NCBI GenBank assembly: GCA_951406725.2
Contig: OX597818.1
Coordinates: 122,946,001-123,010,000, forward strand
DNA length: 64,000 bases
Direction of reading: 5' to 3'
Origin: Octopus vulgaris
Taxonomy: Eukaryota
Under the pieces are notes generated by a model. It was not told the origin of the DNA. It saw only the letters and a program-made list of their open reading frames with translations, and made no database searches. The translations under genes and the position numbers were made by a program. This document shows positions 1 to 13,104 of this stretch, piece by piece. Every line of letters begins with the position of its first letter. Within the stretch, counting starts at the first letter, position 1.

Positions 1-358
1 TGTATTCCATTGTGAACTGTATATTTGGGTTGCTGCTGTTCAATAGGTTTTTGAATTTTAGGAGTTTATCTGTGATTTCATTCCAGAGTATAAAACAATC
101 GTCCAGGAATCGTTTCCAATTCTCTTTTATGTATTGAGAGAGGGGGCTTCCAAAGGTTGATAAAGATTCCTGGTAAATAATTATTTCCAGGTAGCCCATT
201 GTTAGGTTCGCAATGACTGCTGCTGCCCTTGTACCCATAGCAATTCCGGATTTTTAACGGTAAAATGTATTGTCAAACATGAAGAAGTTATTATGTAGGA
301 TGAATTCAACCGATTTAGTAATGAAATCTTTACTAATCCTTTTTGGTATTTGGTATTT
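1..358 (-). mobile_element. Penelope-like element reverse transcriptase fragment (pseudogenised, runs off window)
   Basis: Minus-strand translation FILHNNFFMFDNTFYR*KSGIAMGTRAAAVIANLTMGYLE...WKRFLDDCFILW...LNSSNPNIQFTMEY matches PLE RT motifs (GxAMG, RF/YxDD, FTME); one in-frame stop. Confidence 0.9.
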
Positions 359-2715
359 CAAGGAAACTAATAATCTACGATTTTCAAGCCATTATACTGA
401 TATCAACCGCTCACCCTCTCAAGAACTATCTCTCAATGTAATATATATATATACTTGCCTTAGGACTCTGTTTGAAACCTGGCCGCATGATGAAATAGAA
501 TGGAAATCAAATGAAAGAAAAAATATAGTATAACATATACATACTCACATGTGTGCATATGTGAAGGTAAATAGATTTACAAAGGAAAGTAAAGGTCATT
601 TAGCATAGATCAGGTGGAGATCAAATATATGTATCAACAACATTTGACTTAATCTATTTTACCCCAAATTACTCGTGCGTACAAGTACATTTGATCGTTT
701 ATGACCACTCGATTTAAGAGACAGGGCAGAGATAAGTAATAAAGATGACTTTTTTATGAAGAAATATATATAAAGGTAACTTATAGTAGTCAGTACGGCT
801 GACATGATAAAATTAGTATTTGGATGGTTCCTACAGTGTCGCTAAGCGTTGAACTATTTATTTGTAGGGCATTATGGAACAAATGCTGAATGGTAGATAA
901 CACTGACGCAACATACAAAGGTACTTTTCCTTGCTTCCATAAGAAAAAAAACCTTTACAATTTCCGTAAAGTATCAACACGGTGTGTTTTACAAATATAT
1001 TCAAGAAATGTTTCTCTATTACCAGTTTTTGTTCAAAAAGCAGTTCTCAAGAACACATAAATTACACAACTATATTTTCCATGTATCATTATAAAGTTAG
1101 TTATTCCTCTTTAGAAAATATCACTCCAGCTTCGCACACTATAACTGGAAGTGGAACACACTACTTTTATTGAAAGCACCCATACGTAACTGTCGCAATC
1201 GCCTATTCAGTAAGGACATTCTACCTTATGAAGACATACTTTGTATTTGCGGATATTAACCAATCTGCGTGGCATCAAGGAAAGACAGCTTTAAGCAATC
1301 TACTCCGTTTTGTTCGAGATAAGAGAAAACTCTGCCTCTGTCTCACTTAATCTTGTAACTAAGTGACCAGAGAAATGATTTGCTCACCAGAACATGGAGT
1401 ATATTTGTAACAGAAGGTAGCAATTCGATTCATATTTGTGAGAGATTTAATTTAGTAATACGATTACGTTAATGTCTTATTGACTTGGTTACTCACATAG
1501 AGTTTTATATTATGTTTCACTTTGACGTAAGGTCATGAATTTTTTAGAGAAGAAATATATTTTATTGAAATGATTTTGATTGGCTATTGTTTTGAAGTCC
1601 CAGAGGAGTAAAAATAGTGAGACTCACAAGATTTGAATACATTATGTTCAATAGTGGTATAAATTGTCAAAAATGATTTATCAAACATTCTGTTGGTTCT
1701 ACCACACCACATTTCTCCGAACTTAAATAATTCTATTTAAAATTTAACTATTCGGAAAGTCTGCATTCTATTGTAAATTGGAGAATAATAGTCTATTTGG
1801 AAAGATGTCGTTAAAATCTTGGCTATAATAGTGCGTGGATGGAAAGAGAAGAGCAACGAGAGAACTATAGATAATTGCTGGAATTGATTTGCACACTAAG
1901 TAATCATTATCTCATTTCTTAAACTTGCCGCAAGTTAAGAGATATACGTTGGTAGATACTGTTTAACTATGCATAAATCTAAATTTCCCAGTTATGCTTC
2001 AATTGTTTCCCACTGTACTACAATGGATGGACGTGATTATTATCGTTTTGCGACTAGTTTGTCTATATCTTTATGATTGATCAATTAGCGAGGGAATGTT
2101 GAACTTAGAGACTACATTTGTCACACAAAGAAATATTTTGACGATTACTGATATGCCTGAAATTCAAAGGATTTCCATATCTGGATGTTTTAAGAGTGTA
2201 TGAGAGAGAGAGAGAGAGAGAAAAAAGAGAAAGAGAGGGAGAGAGAGAAAGGGAGACAAAGAGAATAAGAGAGAGCTAGATCTATTCTTTTGTTCCTGTA
2301 TAAACAATGGAACACTGTTTTATGTCATTTATACCGATAAATTAATGGAATCGTAATTATATGAATTTGCCATTACAGGAATTAAGTAATTATGAGTCTA
2401 CAAACAACAGGTATGGTTGACAAGATGACCTTGTTACTGTGGACACAAAAGACGAATGCAGGTTGCCACATCAATCATAGTGATACGTTAATACTCCTAA
2501 AACAATAAAACACCGTCGGTTGACACTGACCTATTTGCCATGGATTAAGAGTTCATGATAATTTCTGTAAATCTCAAATAACACCCAGTGATTAAAGATA
2601 ACGTTATTGCAAACAAAAAGAACACAATATCAACTGAAAGTAGAACACGTATCACCGACCTCGCTACATTTCAGTGTTTCATGATTTAATGGTAATACTA
2701 TAGCATTATATTCCA

Positions 2716-3101
2716 CTAGCAGTATCGCCCGGCGTTGCTCGGGTGTTTTAAGGGAAATAATTATATAAGCATTTTTAGAGTTATAGCCAAAAAATAGCAA
2801 TAAAAATGGAAAAGAAATTATGCTAAATTTTTTTTTAAATCGTTGACTCATCGTAGACATTTTTAGAGAGTTACTTCCCTAATATAATAGCGAAAAAATG
2901 CATTAAAATGGAAAGAAATGATGGTAATTTTTTTTTTAATCGTAGACTCATCGTAGATGCGCGCTAATACCCAGAAGAGCTCGATATGAATCACGACTAT
3001 AAGATACCCGGTTTTGGTTAAACTGCACCGCAAAATGTGGGAGTAGTTAGGAATCTAAATCGTAGGAGACAGACACACAACTTGACTTGTATATATAAAG
3101 A
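2716..3101 (-). mobile_element. Non-autonomous Helitron
   Basis: On minus strand starts TC, ends CCCGAGCAACGCCGGGCGATACTGCTAG (hairpin + CTAG), inserted between A and T; homologous to 34544-34938. Confidence 0.85.
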
Positions 3102-3959
3102 TTTCTGTTTTATTTAGGTGAAGGCGGAAAGCAATCCTTAAATCAGCATTCCCGTGAATTAACAGTGCCAACAAAGTCACAAGACATTAATAGCGATATC
3201 ACTAAGTAGGTCTGCTTCTGCTAGCGAACACACTGCCTAGAAACGTGATGAAATTCAACGTCATATAAGCAGCAATCCAGCAAGCATCCATATTTAATGT
3301 TGGTAATGATATGATCGATTCAACTTGACGGCTGCCATACTAAACGTTGTTTTATATATAACACCAACCTTGAAGATTTTCTTTCAATTAAAAGACACAG
3401 GTAATTCTGTAAGCCCATGTTTTGTATAATATTACTAAAACAACAAAATTAAAAAATGCAGCACAGATTTTTGTGCGACGAAAATACTTTGACAAATTAA
3501 ACTTAAATGTTGAAATGAATCGAACGGCTTGTGTGTGTTTCTTAAATGGATTATAAATATCTTCTACGCTGCAATTGTTTTCGTTTCAGCACACGATCTC
3601 AGATCAAATCTTTTGCTATGCAAGTACATCTCCGTAAAATTAACCTGATTGGATGAAACAAGAAACAGTTTAGTGTTCATATATTGCGAAACGTCAGAAA
3701 TTCACTTAAGTTACTACCTTCGTACTCAGTTGATCAATTAAAACAAGAGTAAAGATACATAATGAAAATGATCTATTAATAATGCATAAATATTATAAAG
3801 CATAGAATAATTCAAGATTTTACGACACTCTATTAAAAAATCAACACATACATGCACACATACGAACATATGGGGGACTGTAGAAATTTCTGCTCCTAAA
3901 AAGACAACAGGAAAAAGAAAAGGGGGTGAGAGAGGGTTAGCACCTAATCTCGCCCTAGT

Positions 3960-5050
3960 ACTAGGGTCATGTAGTGTGCGTGGGTGCAGTACAAGAGAGG
4001 TAAAGAGTTGAGAGACGGGGAGTGTGATGATGAGGAGAAGGATAGGTGTGCTTGCACTGAGAGAAACGTGTCTTCAAGAGTACCAGTTTGGTGATGTGGC
4101 TGGACGAGAGTCGGGAGTGAGAGGGCGAGGGCTCGTGAGGAAGTGGCATTACTGGTGAGTGAGCGTGTGAAGGAGAGTGTGGTGGAGTGGAGGGAAGTGT
4201 TTTCAAGGTTAATGTAGATGAAGATGAGGTGAGGAGGAGAGATGTGGGTGTTTTTCAGTGTGTATGGTCTAGGGCAGTGCTTTTCAAACTTTTTGCTGGA
4301 GCGGAACCCCAAGGAAACATTCCACTGGCTCGGGGAACCCCTGTGCAATAATTTAATAGTCTTATGCACACATATCTGCACAGGAGAATTAAAAATTACT
4401 GCCGATTTTAGCAGTTTTGTAACTTCTTGCGGAACCCCTGGACTGTACTGGCGGAACCCTAAGGTTCCGCGGAACCCTGGTTGAAAACCACTGTTCTGGG
4501 AAGTGAAATAGTGAGGAAGAAGTAGAGGAGTCGGGAGGGAACTGACAGAGTGTGTGGATAGGGTGGCGAAAAGTGGTTACGTGGTGGTGTTGGTTGATTT
4601 GAATGTGCGAGTGGGACATGAGGAAGTAGAAAATGTAGTAGGTTCCTGATCGGAATGAGAGTGAAAGGATGTTGTTGGAAATGTCTATGGAAATGTGTGT
4701 GGTAGGGAATAGTCTTTTTAAAAAATGGGAGAAAATAAGTTCACATGGTGGAGGGTGGAGGGTGCGGGGAGGAACAGTAACGGAGAAGGCCTTGCTGGAT
4801 TATGTATTTATTGATAAGCGAGTGGAAGGGAGGTTGGTGGATGTGCATGTAATGAGAGGTGAAGTTGTAGGATCAGATTACTTCTTAGGAAAGGTTAAGT
4901 TGAAAGTATGCTCAAAATGGAATGCTAGACGAGTGACAGGTAGGAGAGAGGTTGTGAAGGTGAGTGAACTGGATAGGGGAGAGAAGGAGCAGGAATATGT
5001 AGAGAAACTGAGAAGCGAATATGAACAGGTTAAGAAACGGAGTGGCTAGT
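3960..5050 (+). mobile_element. RTE-like LINE endonuclease (APE) remnant
   Basis: Frameshifted translation SERVKESVVEWREV..RLM, VYG, DLN.RVG, VGNSLFKK, LLDYVFIDKR, GSDYFL are APE motifs. Confidence 0.8.
4275..4493. mobile_element. hAT (Charlie-like) MITE nested in the LINE fragment
   Basis: TIRs CAGTGCTTTTCAAAC / GGTTGAAAACCACTG; degenerate 8-bp flanks GTCTAGGG / TTCTGGGA; interrupts the LINE reading frame. Confidence 0.8.
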
Positions 5051-5185
5051 ATGCATGAATGCGTATGTATCTATGTATGTGAGTATATACGTGTATGTAC
5101 ACACACACACACATGTATATATGTATATATACTTACATAATGCACAAATATATAATATATATATATATATATATATACTTTACTT

Positions 5186-5355
5186 AAAAGCAGCAGAAAT
5201 TTAACAAAAGCTGTTTCTCCGACGAATGCAAACGTGAAACTCCGAGTAACATCTTTTGCTAAATTTCTGCTGCTTTCAAATAAACCATATTACTCTACCT
5301 CTGGTATTTGAGTACTCTTTTTTCCACCTTGTTTCACATTTATGTGTTTACTCCA
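5186..5355 (+). mobile_element. Short fold-back PLE-derived element with degenerate hammerhead core
   Basis: Inverted arms 5186-5219 / 5244-5277 around CCGACGA..GAAACTCCGAGTA; flanked both sides by (TA)n. Confidence 0.5.
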
Positions 5356-5507
<152 letters not shown>

Positions 5508-5568
5508 TGTTTGTTTTTTGTTTTTCCAGTTTCAGCTCTTGAGCTGTGGCCATGCTGGGGCACCGCCA

Positions 5569-5727
5569 TTGTGGTGAAAGAGTACAGCAGGGATCACCAC
5601 CCCCTGCCGGAGCCTCGTAGAGCTTTTTTAGGTGTTTTCGCTCAATAAACACACACAACGCCCGGTCTGAGAATCGAAACCGCGATCCTGCGACCGCGAG
5701 TCCGCTGCCCTAACCACTAGGCCATTG
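5569..5727 (-). mobile_element. tRNA-derived SINE family A, 5' part
   Basis: Reverse complement of the head of 37570-37953 and 41004-41397 (A box TGGCCTAGTGG, B box GTTTCGATTC). Confidence 0.85.
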
Positions 5728-5838
5728 TATATATATAAACAACTTATAAATAAGGGCTAAAGAAAATTATTTCTATCCTAATATGCTGATAACAGACTTT
5801 TAAATCGTATATTTCCACATATTATTTACTCGCTACAG

Positions 5839-5970
5839 AAAACACGAAGAGCTAAAATCGAGGAAAGCCAGCCGATGGAATTCTATTGTGATGTTTCACG
5901 TGCAATAAGAAAGAATCCAAATGTCTTTGAACAGTATGAAGATGATGAACAGGGTGAAACCGATATTTAA
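5839..5970 (+). CDS. Candidate terminal coding exon (unidentified)
   Basis: Acceptor ttatttactcgctacag then open frame KTRRAKIEESQPMEFYCDVSRAIRKNPNVFEQYEDDEQGETDI*; AT-rich downstream sequence with AATAAA near 6497; no homology recognised. Confidence 0.25.
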   Translation, partial: KTRRAKIEESQPMEFYCDVSRAIRKNPNVFEQYEDDEQGETDI

Positions 5971-7203
5971 ATTCGAATGAAATGATGAATACGAAATCAA
6001 ATAATTTAAGAATTGTAGATTAAGAATGATATACAAACATGAAAGCAAAACGAAATAAGTTTGGAATTATAAACATGCAAACTGTTGTATCTTTTGTTTA
6101 ATCCTCGATTAAACTCGGGGTTTTAAATGTATATCATTTACAAAGGGGAAATCTGACGAAGTCTTTTCGCTAATTAATCTACATAAAATTGAATTGAAGA
6201 AGCTTTCCCAAATGAGATATATAAAATAAGACTTTTGTATATCTTAAGAATTAAAAGATTTACTCAATGATACAGCATGCAATTATGTGTTAATTCTTAA
6301 TTCTCAATATAATGACGAATTTTTGCGTCAATAGATTTAAGTTTGCGATTATCACAAGTTGTCAGCAAAGTGGTAAGCGAAAGAATTAAAGCAATTACTG
6401 ACAATATAAAAATAATGGGCTATTTTATTAATAGCATCTATCATGCCATCATAAGCTGACATTTTAATTCATGCTTATTACCGTCTTCTATTACATAATA
6501 AATAAAAAGATATCCATCGTTCAGTCCAACTGTAAGAGGTATATACCGGATTCATGTGAAAGACTTGCTTTATTTCATAAACGAGCGTACATTTAACTAA
6601 ATTCTCTGGTAGAATCAGTGTTGAATTTTCGATTAATAGGAACGCAGCAGGGCATAATGATTTAGGTATTTGCTTGAAAATAATAAGGTGCTAATTTACT
6701 ATTGCCTTGCATCCATCGAAGACATGCGAAGGAAATTGAGTAGAGAGAAAATGTGCGAAATACCGTCGGGTGGTTTAATTATTAGACATTGCTTTTTTGC
6801 TGTGTCTTGGGAGGATAAACACAGAACAAAAAGAGAATAAACATGTGACTTTGTAAAACTCTTCAAATTAGTAATTAAAAGCCAGAGCAGAAAAGAGTAT
6901 TAGCAAAACACAATTACCATTTAATGTAACGGAAGATCTCTGTAAGACTGTACGACAGGCGAGTAAGACTGATAAGGAGCTAAAATATGAGCGTTTTAGT
7001 CATGACACAGGCTGTTGAACGGGGTTGGCTTCTGCATTATAGAATAAGCCAAAATGTTTTAGAAAAAGAAACCCCGAATTTTTGCAGAAAACGTATTGCT
7101 TGTCCAATATACTCTTCAGTTCCTAAAGACCATACGAAGGATAAGGAATATATTTGCTTGGACTCACGGTTATGGACAAACTCACTTATTATTCGGAATT
7201 CTA

Positions 7204-7358
7204 TTTTCAAGGTTAATGTAGATGAAGATGAGGTGAGGAGGAAAGATGTGGGTGTTTTTCAGTGCGTATGGTCTAGGACAGTGCTTTTCAAACATTTTGT
7301 TGGAGCGGAACCCCAAGGAAACATTCCACTGGCTCGGGGAACACTTGTGCAATAATTT
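7204..7358 (+). repeat. Dispersed copy of 4200-4354 (LINE/MITE junction)
   Basis: Near-identical ~155 bp including LINE sequence and the MITE left TIR. Confidence 0.9.
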
Positions 7359-7869
7359 TCTATGAGTTTATTACACTGACGAATATAAACATACATATGT
7401 GCAGGTGTGTGTGTGTGAGAGTATACCTGTATTCGTGTGTCGGTAAATTGATGTTAATAAACAAATGTACATATGACTACAAATATATACAGATATACAT
7501 TCAATAACGAATTAAAAGCAGCACTAAATTTCTAAACAACATCGACCTCGCATACTCAACGCATGTGTTCCGTTTCTTCATCGGTTCGCTGCTGGATGGC
7601 GTTTGGCAGATGACTGCCTCATAGCACTAGGTGTTAAACCATGGGGGAAGACTCTCTCGTAGCGCTTTCAAGTGCTTTTCTTCGCAGCGTTATCAGGGAG
7701 TCGTTCCCAAGCGTAGGTACAAGGCGACCCGTTGAGCAAACAAAACATATATATTATGTGCGGTCAATAATACTTACATATTATATATACATACACACAC
7801 GCGCCTACTTATACACACGCATACATATATATATATATATATACATATATAGGCTCACACACACATATG

Positions 7870-7906
<37 letters not shown>

Positions 7907-8015
7907 GTATATACATTTATATACATATATACATTTATATGCATTTATATACATATTCATATATACATATGTATACATACATATAATATATATATATATA
8001 TATACACATATATAT

Positions 8016-8060
<45 letters not shown>

Positions 8061-8156
8061 TACATTTATATACATATATAGAGTTATATGCATTTATATA
8101 CATATTCATATATACATATATATACATACATATGATATATATATATATATATGTAT

Positions 8157-8234
<78 letters not shown>

Positions 8235-8287
8235 TTTAAAATGAATAAAAGAAAGGAGTCGAACGAGGATTTTAACACAATTCATTT

Positions 8288-8370
8288 AATTTCAACACAT
8301 GTTTCGAAGACTGCATATTCTTAATTCTGAAGGAATAAGGTGCATTATGCCGTCTTCTCATCAGGAAAGT
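8288..8370 (-). ncRNA. Type I hammerhead ribozyme motif (antisense twin of 8591-8673)
   Basis: Reverse complement gives TTTC-CTGATGA-GAAGAC..GTCTTC-GAAA-CATGTG-TT-GAAA. Confidence 0.7.
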
Positions 8371-8590
8371 CAAGGAAAATCAATCAGCCTCAAGACGGAC
8401 AAAGAACTTTTCTACGGCTTGCTACATATTGACCACAGTGATAATGAGTGATTTTAAAAATCTGTTAAAAGCAATGACGTGAAAAATGTTTGGAAGAGGA
8501 ATTTATGAAAATAAGAAGGGGACTGTGGTCAATATGTAGCAAACCATAGAAAAGTTTTTTGTCCGTCTTGAGGCTGATTGATTTTCCTTG

Positions 8591-8673
8591 ACTTTCCTGA
8601 TGAGAAGACGGCATAATGCACCTTATTCCTTCAGAATTAAGAATATGCAGTCTTCGAAACATGTGTTGAAATT
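8591..8673 (+). ncRNA. Type I hammerhead ribozyme motif
   Basis: Stem I TTTC/GAAA; core CTGATGA (8597-8603); stem II GAAGAC/GTCTTC plus GCATA/TATGC; GAAA (8656-8659); short stem III ACA/TGT; cleavage triplet GUU. Confidence 0.7.
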
Positions 8674-8882
8674 AAAGGAATTGTGTTCAAATCCTCGTTC
8701 GACTCCATTATTTTATTCATTTTAAATATTACACAAATTATCACACAAGAATACGGAGTTTCTACCCTTGGCATGTAGCTTCAACCGTGTTTTCTGACGT
8801 GAATTTGCTACCCAGGTATCGGTTAAGCGAATTATCAATACTAGGATAATTCATTCACCTACTTAAATATATATATATATAT

Positions 8883-8958
<76 letters not shown>

Positions 8959-8967
8959 AAATATATA

Positions 8968-9656
8968 TTAGGTAGGCAACTAAGTTCGCGCCGTTTTTTT
9001 TTTAATTTCAACTTTTTAAAACGTTTAATAAAAAATAACTAATTAATAAATAATGTATTCGCCCTTGTTTACAACTTCTTCCCAAAAGTCCAACAAGATT
9101 TTCAATACCTCGGTGGTAGAAATCACCTGATTTCGACTCGAAAAATTGAATCAACGAAGCTCTCAATTCTGTATGAGTATTGAAAGAAACTCCGCGCATA
9201 GCATTTGAGAGAGATCGAAAGAGGTGGAAATTCGTTGATGCCAAATCAGAAGAGTACGGTGGCTGTGGCAGCACTTTCCAGTTATGTGTTTGAATGGCTT
9301 CCTTGGTCATATTGGCGATATGAGGACGGGCGTTGTCGTGCAGCAGAAGAACTCCATGCTGTCGATTAGGTCTTTGCTCTTGAATAGTCATGTTGAATCG
9401 TTCCATCTGTTGAACATAGGGTTCCGCGTTGACCGTTTGGTTCCGTTCAAGCAATTCATAATGGATAATCCCTTCCCAGTCCCACCAGATGCACAACATC
9501 GTTTTACGCGGATGAAGGTCTTGTTTCACGCGTTGTGTCTCTTGTTTACCGGGGCTAATCCATTCCTTATTCCTTATGCTGCTTCATATTGATGTACAGG
9601 CACCATTTTTCATCGCCAGTATCCATTCAGTAAAGAAATCGTTGTTTCTGTCCATA
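8968..9656 (-). mobile_element. Mariner transposon 3' half (transposase pseudogene + TIR)
   Basis: ORF 9008-9529 has WWDWEGIIHYELL, LLHDNARPH, PPYSSDLASTNFHLF; upstream frameshifted GDEKWCLY; TIR TTAGGTAGGCAACTAAGTT beside TA. Confidence 0.92.
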
Positions 9657-9660
9657 TAGT

Positions 9661-9732
<72 letters not shown>

Positions 9733-9753
9733 TATACATATATATATATATAC

Positions 9754-9842
<89 letters not shown>

Positions 9843-10139
9843 CATACATATATTAAAAACTGCGCAATCGCATGCCTATCTTTATCGCACTTGTGATTCT
9901 TTAAAAAATGTGTTTATATATAAATACATCATTCAGTTGTACTTGCATAAATATCTACATATTTTACATATATGTGTGCGTGTGTGTGTGTGTTTCATTG
10001 CGCGTATGTGTGTGAGGTGGGTATATGAGTGTGTGTGTGTGCGCGCGGACCTGTGCAGGTGTGTGAGTGTATAAATGTGTATATGTGAGTGCATACGAGG
10101 CTATTTATACACATACACACAGACACACTCACGTGCGCA

Positions 10140-10449
10140 CACACACATACACATATATATTTATACTTGAACATACAAGCATAGATACATATATACATAT
10201 ATACATGCATACATACACACATATATACATACATACATACATACATACATACATACATGCATACATACATACATACATGCATACATACATACATACGTAC
10301 GTACGTACATACATACATACATACATACATACATACAACCATACATACATATATACATATATACATGCATGCATACATACATACATACATACATACATAC
10401 ATACAAACGTACGTACGTACGTACATACATACATGCATGCATGCATACA

Positions 10450-10480
<31 letters not shown>

Positions 10481-10745
10481 TTATACTTGAACATACAAGC
10501 ATACATACATATATACATGTATACATGCATACATACATACATACATACATACATACATACATGCATACATACATACATACATACGTACGTACATACATAC
10601 ATATATATATACAACCATACATACATATATACATATATGCATATATACATGCATGCATACATACATACATACATACATACATACATACAAACGTACGTAC
10701 GTACGTACATACATACATGCATACATACATACATACATACATAAA
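10140..10745. repeat. (TACA)n compound microsatellite with ~320-bp higher-order duplication
   Basis: Interruption ATATTTATACTTGAACATACAAGCATA recurs at ~10157 and ~10477, as do CAACCATAC and CAAACGTACG marks. Confidence 0.9.
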
Positions 10746-11121
10746 TATGTTTGTTCTTTTGACCACTTAGCAGTAATTTGACAACATTGGAGAAACACGT
10801 TTGTTCAAGCTTCAAAACATCCATCGAGTATGTCACGTGAGACGAAATTACACTCTCTTCTGATGTGTCGTCAACATGAAAGAACATCGCCGTAAAAAAT
10901 AAAACTCGTTATAAGCGTTATTGGGAGTGTTACGCTATGAGTGTAAGGAGGGGAGGTAGTGTGAAATGATTAACATGTCAGTTCCTTTGATTCTCGTAAT
11001 ATAAACTGAAAATATTGTTATTGACAACGTTTGTTCATGGAATAAAAACATACTGACTCAAAGATGTGCTTGCGCACGTGTGTGCGTGTGTAAATGAATA
11101 TGAATGAATATATATAAAATG

Positions 11122-11224
<103 letters not shown>

Positions 11225-11559
11225 TATATATATATATATATAACATAGAATATACAATCAATTCAATGATTTAATATACTTTGATACATAACATATTTAT
11301 ATATATATATATATATATGTGTGTGTATATATATATATATATATACACATTGGGAGAAATATACATATATATATATAAGAAACAAAATTATTTATATTTA
11401 ACTCTTATTTAAATGTTATTCACACATCGTTCCTGTTTTTTGTAAGTTTATATATGTGTATTATTACTTTTATATACATATTATTTATATTTAAATCTTA
11501 AGTTAAATGTTGCAACCTTTAAATTATCAAGCAACTTACAAAGATTCCAAGATGCTATA

Positions 11560-11980
11560 GAAAGTATCAATCCTGGCCCAAACAATCTATGGGAGGATTT
11601 CAAAACAAAATTATTTCAGGCTGCAAGTTTGTCTGTGGGATTTAAATCAAATAAACCCAGTTACTGGTTCTCCGATAGATCAGCAGAAATTCATGATCTA
11701 CTATTAGGAAAACAAAACTTAGACAATACTCTTCTTTCTTGAACCCCAACTCAACGAGACTTACAGATGTCATTTTAGTCTCCTTTTATAAATCGGGATC
11801 GAAGGCTCTGTGGAAATTTTCGTGGGATTTAGCTTTTTTCTGTGGTTGTAAATGTACTTGCCCGCATTCTATTAGAGCGTTTAAATACCTTCATAGTTCC
11901 AAATATATTGTCTGAGACTCAATGTGGTTTTCATTCCTCCAGAGGCACAGCTGGTTGTGTCAGAAATTTACAAGAAAAGG
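11560..11980 (+). mobile_element. RTE (BovB-like) LINE fragment, internally deleted
   Basis: WEDFKTKLFQAA..YWF..EI, then CGNFRGI*LFSVVVNVLARILLERL...ETQCGFHSSRGT...RNLQEK. Confidence 0.85.
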
Positions 11981-12845
11981 TTGCCGGGTGTAAGAATAAG
12001 AATACAAGAGTTATGGAATGGAGTATATAAGATCCCGGCTACATATATATTCCATAGCGAGCGGAACCTAAGAGGTGGTAAATATCCAGGCGGGGTGTAC
12101 ACCGCAGGCTACTCTTCAGGCCAAGGCTATTTTGGTTAAATGAATGTTTATATTGTCGCAATGTAAACTTGTACAGTACAGCTTAAACTTTAAATTGCGC
12201 AACAAATATCTAGTACTAAAAACTCCAGGAGTATTTCCTCTCGAGTATTGTAATTGAGTCCTTTGTTATCAAATCGGCGTCTCAGTGTTTCACAATGTAT
12301 ATGAAAAAATAAAAAAAAGGATGACACATTGTTTACAACTTAGGTGTATTTCATTATCAGAAGATGATTATTCGCTACTTGATATCAATAACATAATCAA
12401 GAAATGCATAACTTCTGGGCGGAAAATTTCTGAATTAAAAATTTCACAAAGTTCACTATCTGGAAGTAAGTGAGTGCCTGTAGCAGAAGCGCTTGTGAAA
12501 GAAAATTATTCCGAATTAAGATGGAGGAGATAACACAGGAGAGAATAGGGGTTTGCAGATAAGAGAACAAATATTACTGGAACGTCAGTGAGATAGATGT
12601 CATTTTCCAAGCGAGAGGTTTATTGTGTATTATTATGCAATGTTCTCCTTTGATGTTCGTTGTTAAGCTTAGACTGTCATAAAACTTAGCAGGACGTTTA
12701 TGTTGTCATTTCAACTATGAAACAGATATATGGATGTTTTCGTATACACACGAATTACGTATACCATACACACTGACACACACACACACACACACGTATG
12801 TATGTATGTATTATATATGTATGCATGTATGTGTATGTATGGATT

Positions 12846-12876
<31 letters not shown>

Positions 12877-12905
12877 ATACATATATCTATCTATCTATCT
12901 ATCTA

Positions 12906-12968
<63 letters not shown>

Positions 12969-13104
12969 TGAGAGAGATATACATATATATACACACGTAT
13001 ACACATATACACTCATCCTGACACAAGCACACATGCCCGCGCGCCCGCGCACACCCATACACATATATAAATTAATACATTAGGAGTACAAACATTTACA
13101 AATC

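Larger units (their letters stand above)
8231..8730. repeat. Long inverted repeat (~209-bp arms) of a hammerhead-bearing element
   Basis: 8231-8439 is the near-perfect reverse complement of 8522-8730; whole unit bracketed by (TA)n. Confidence 0.95.

Noticed and set aside
11989-12293. TG...CA bounded segment after the RTE fragment, possible solo LTR
   Set aside because: No target-site duplication visible
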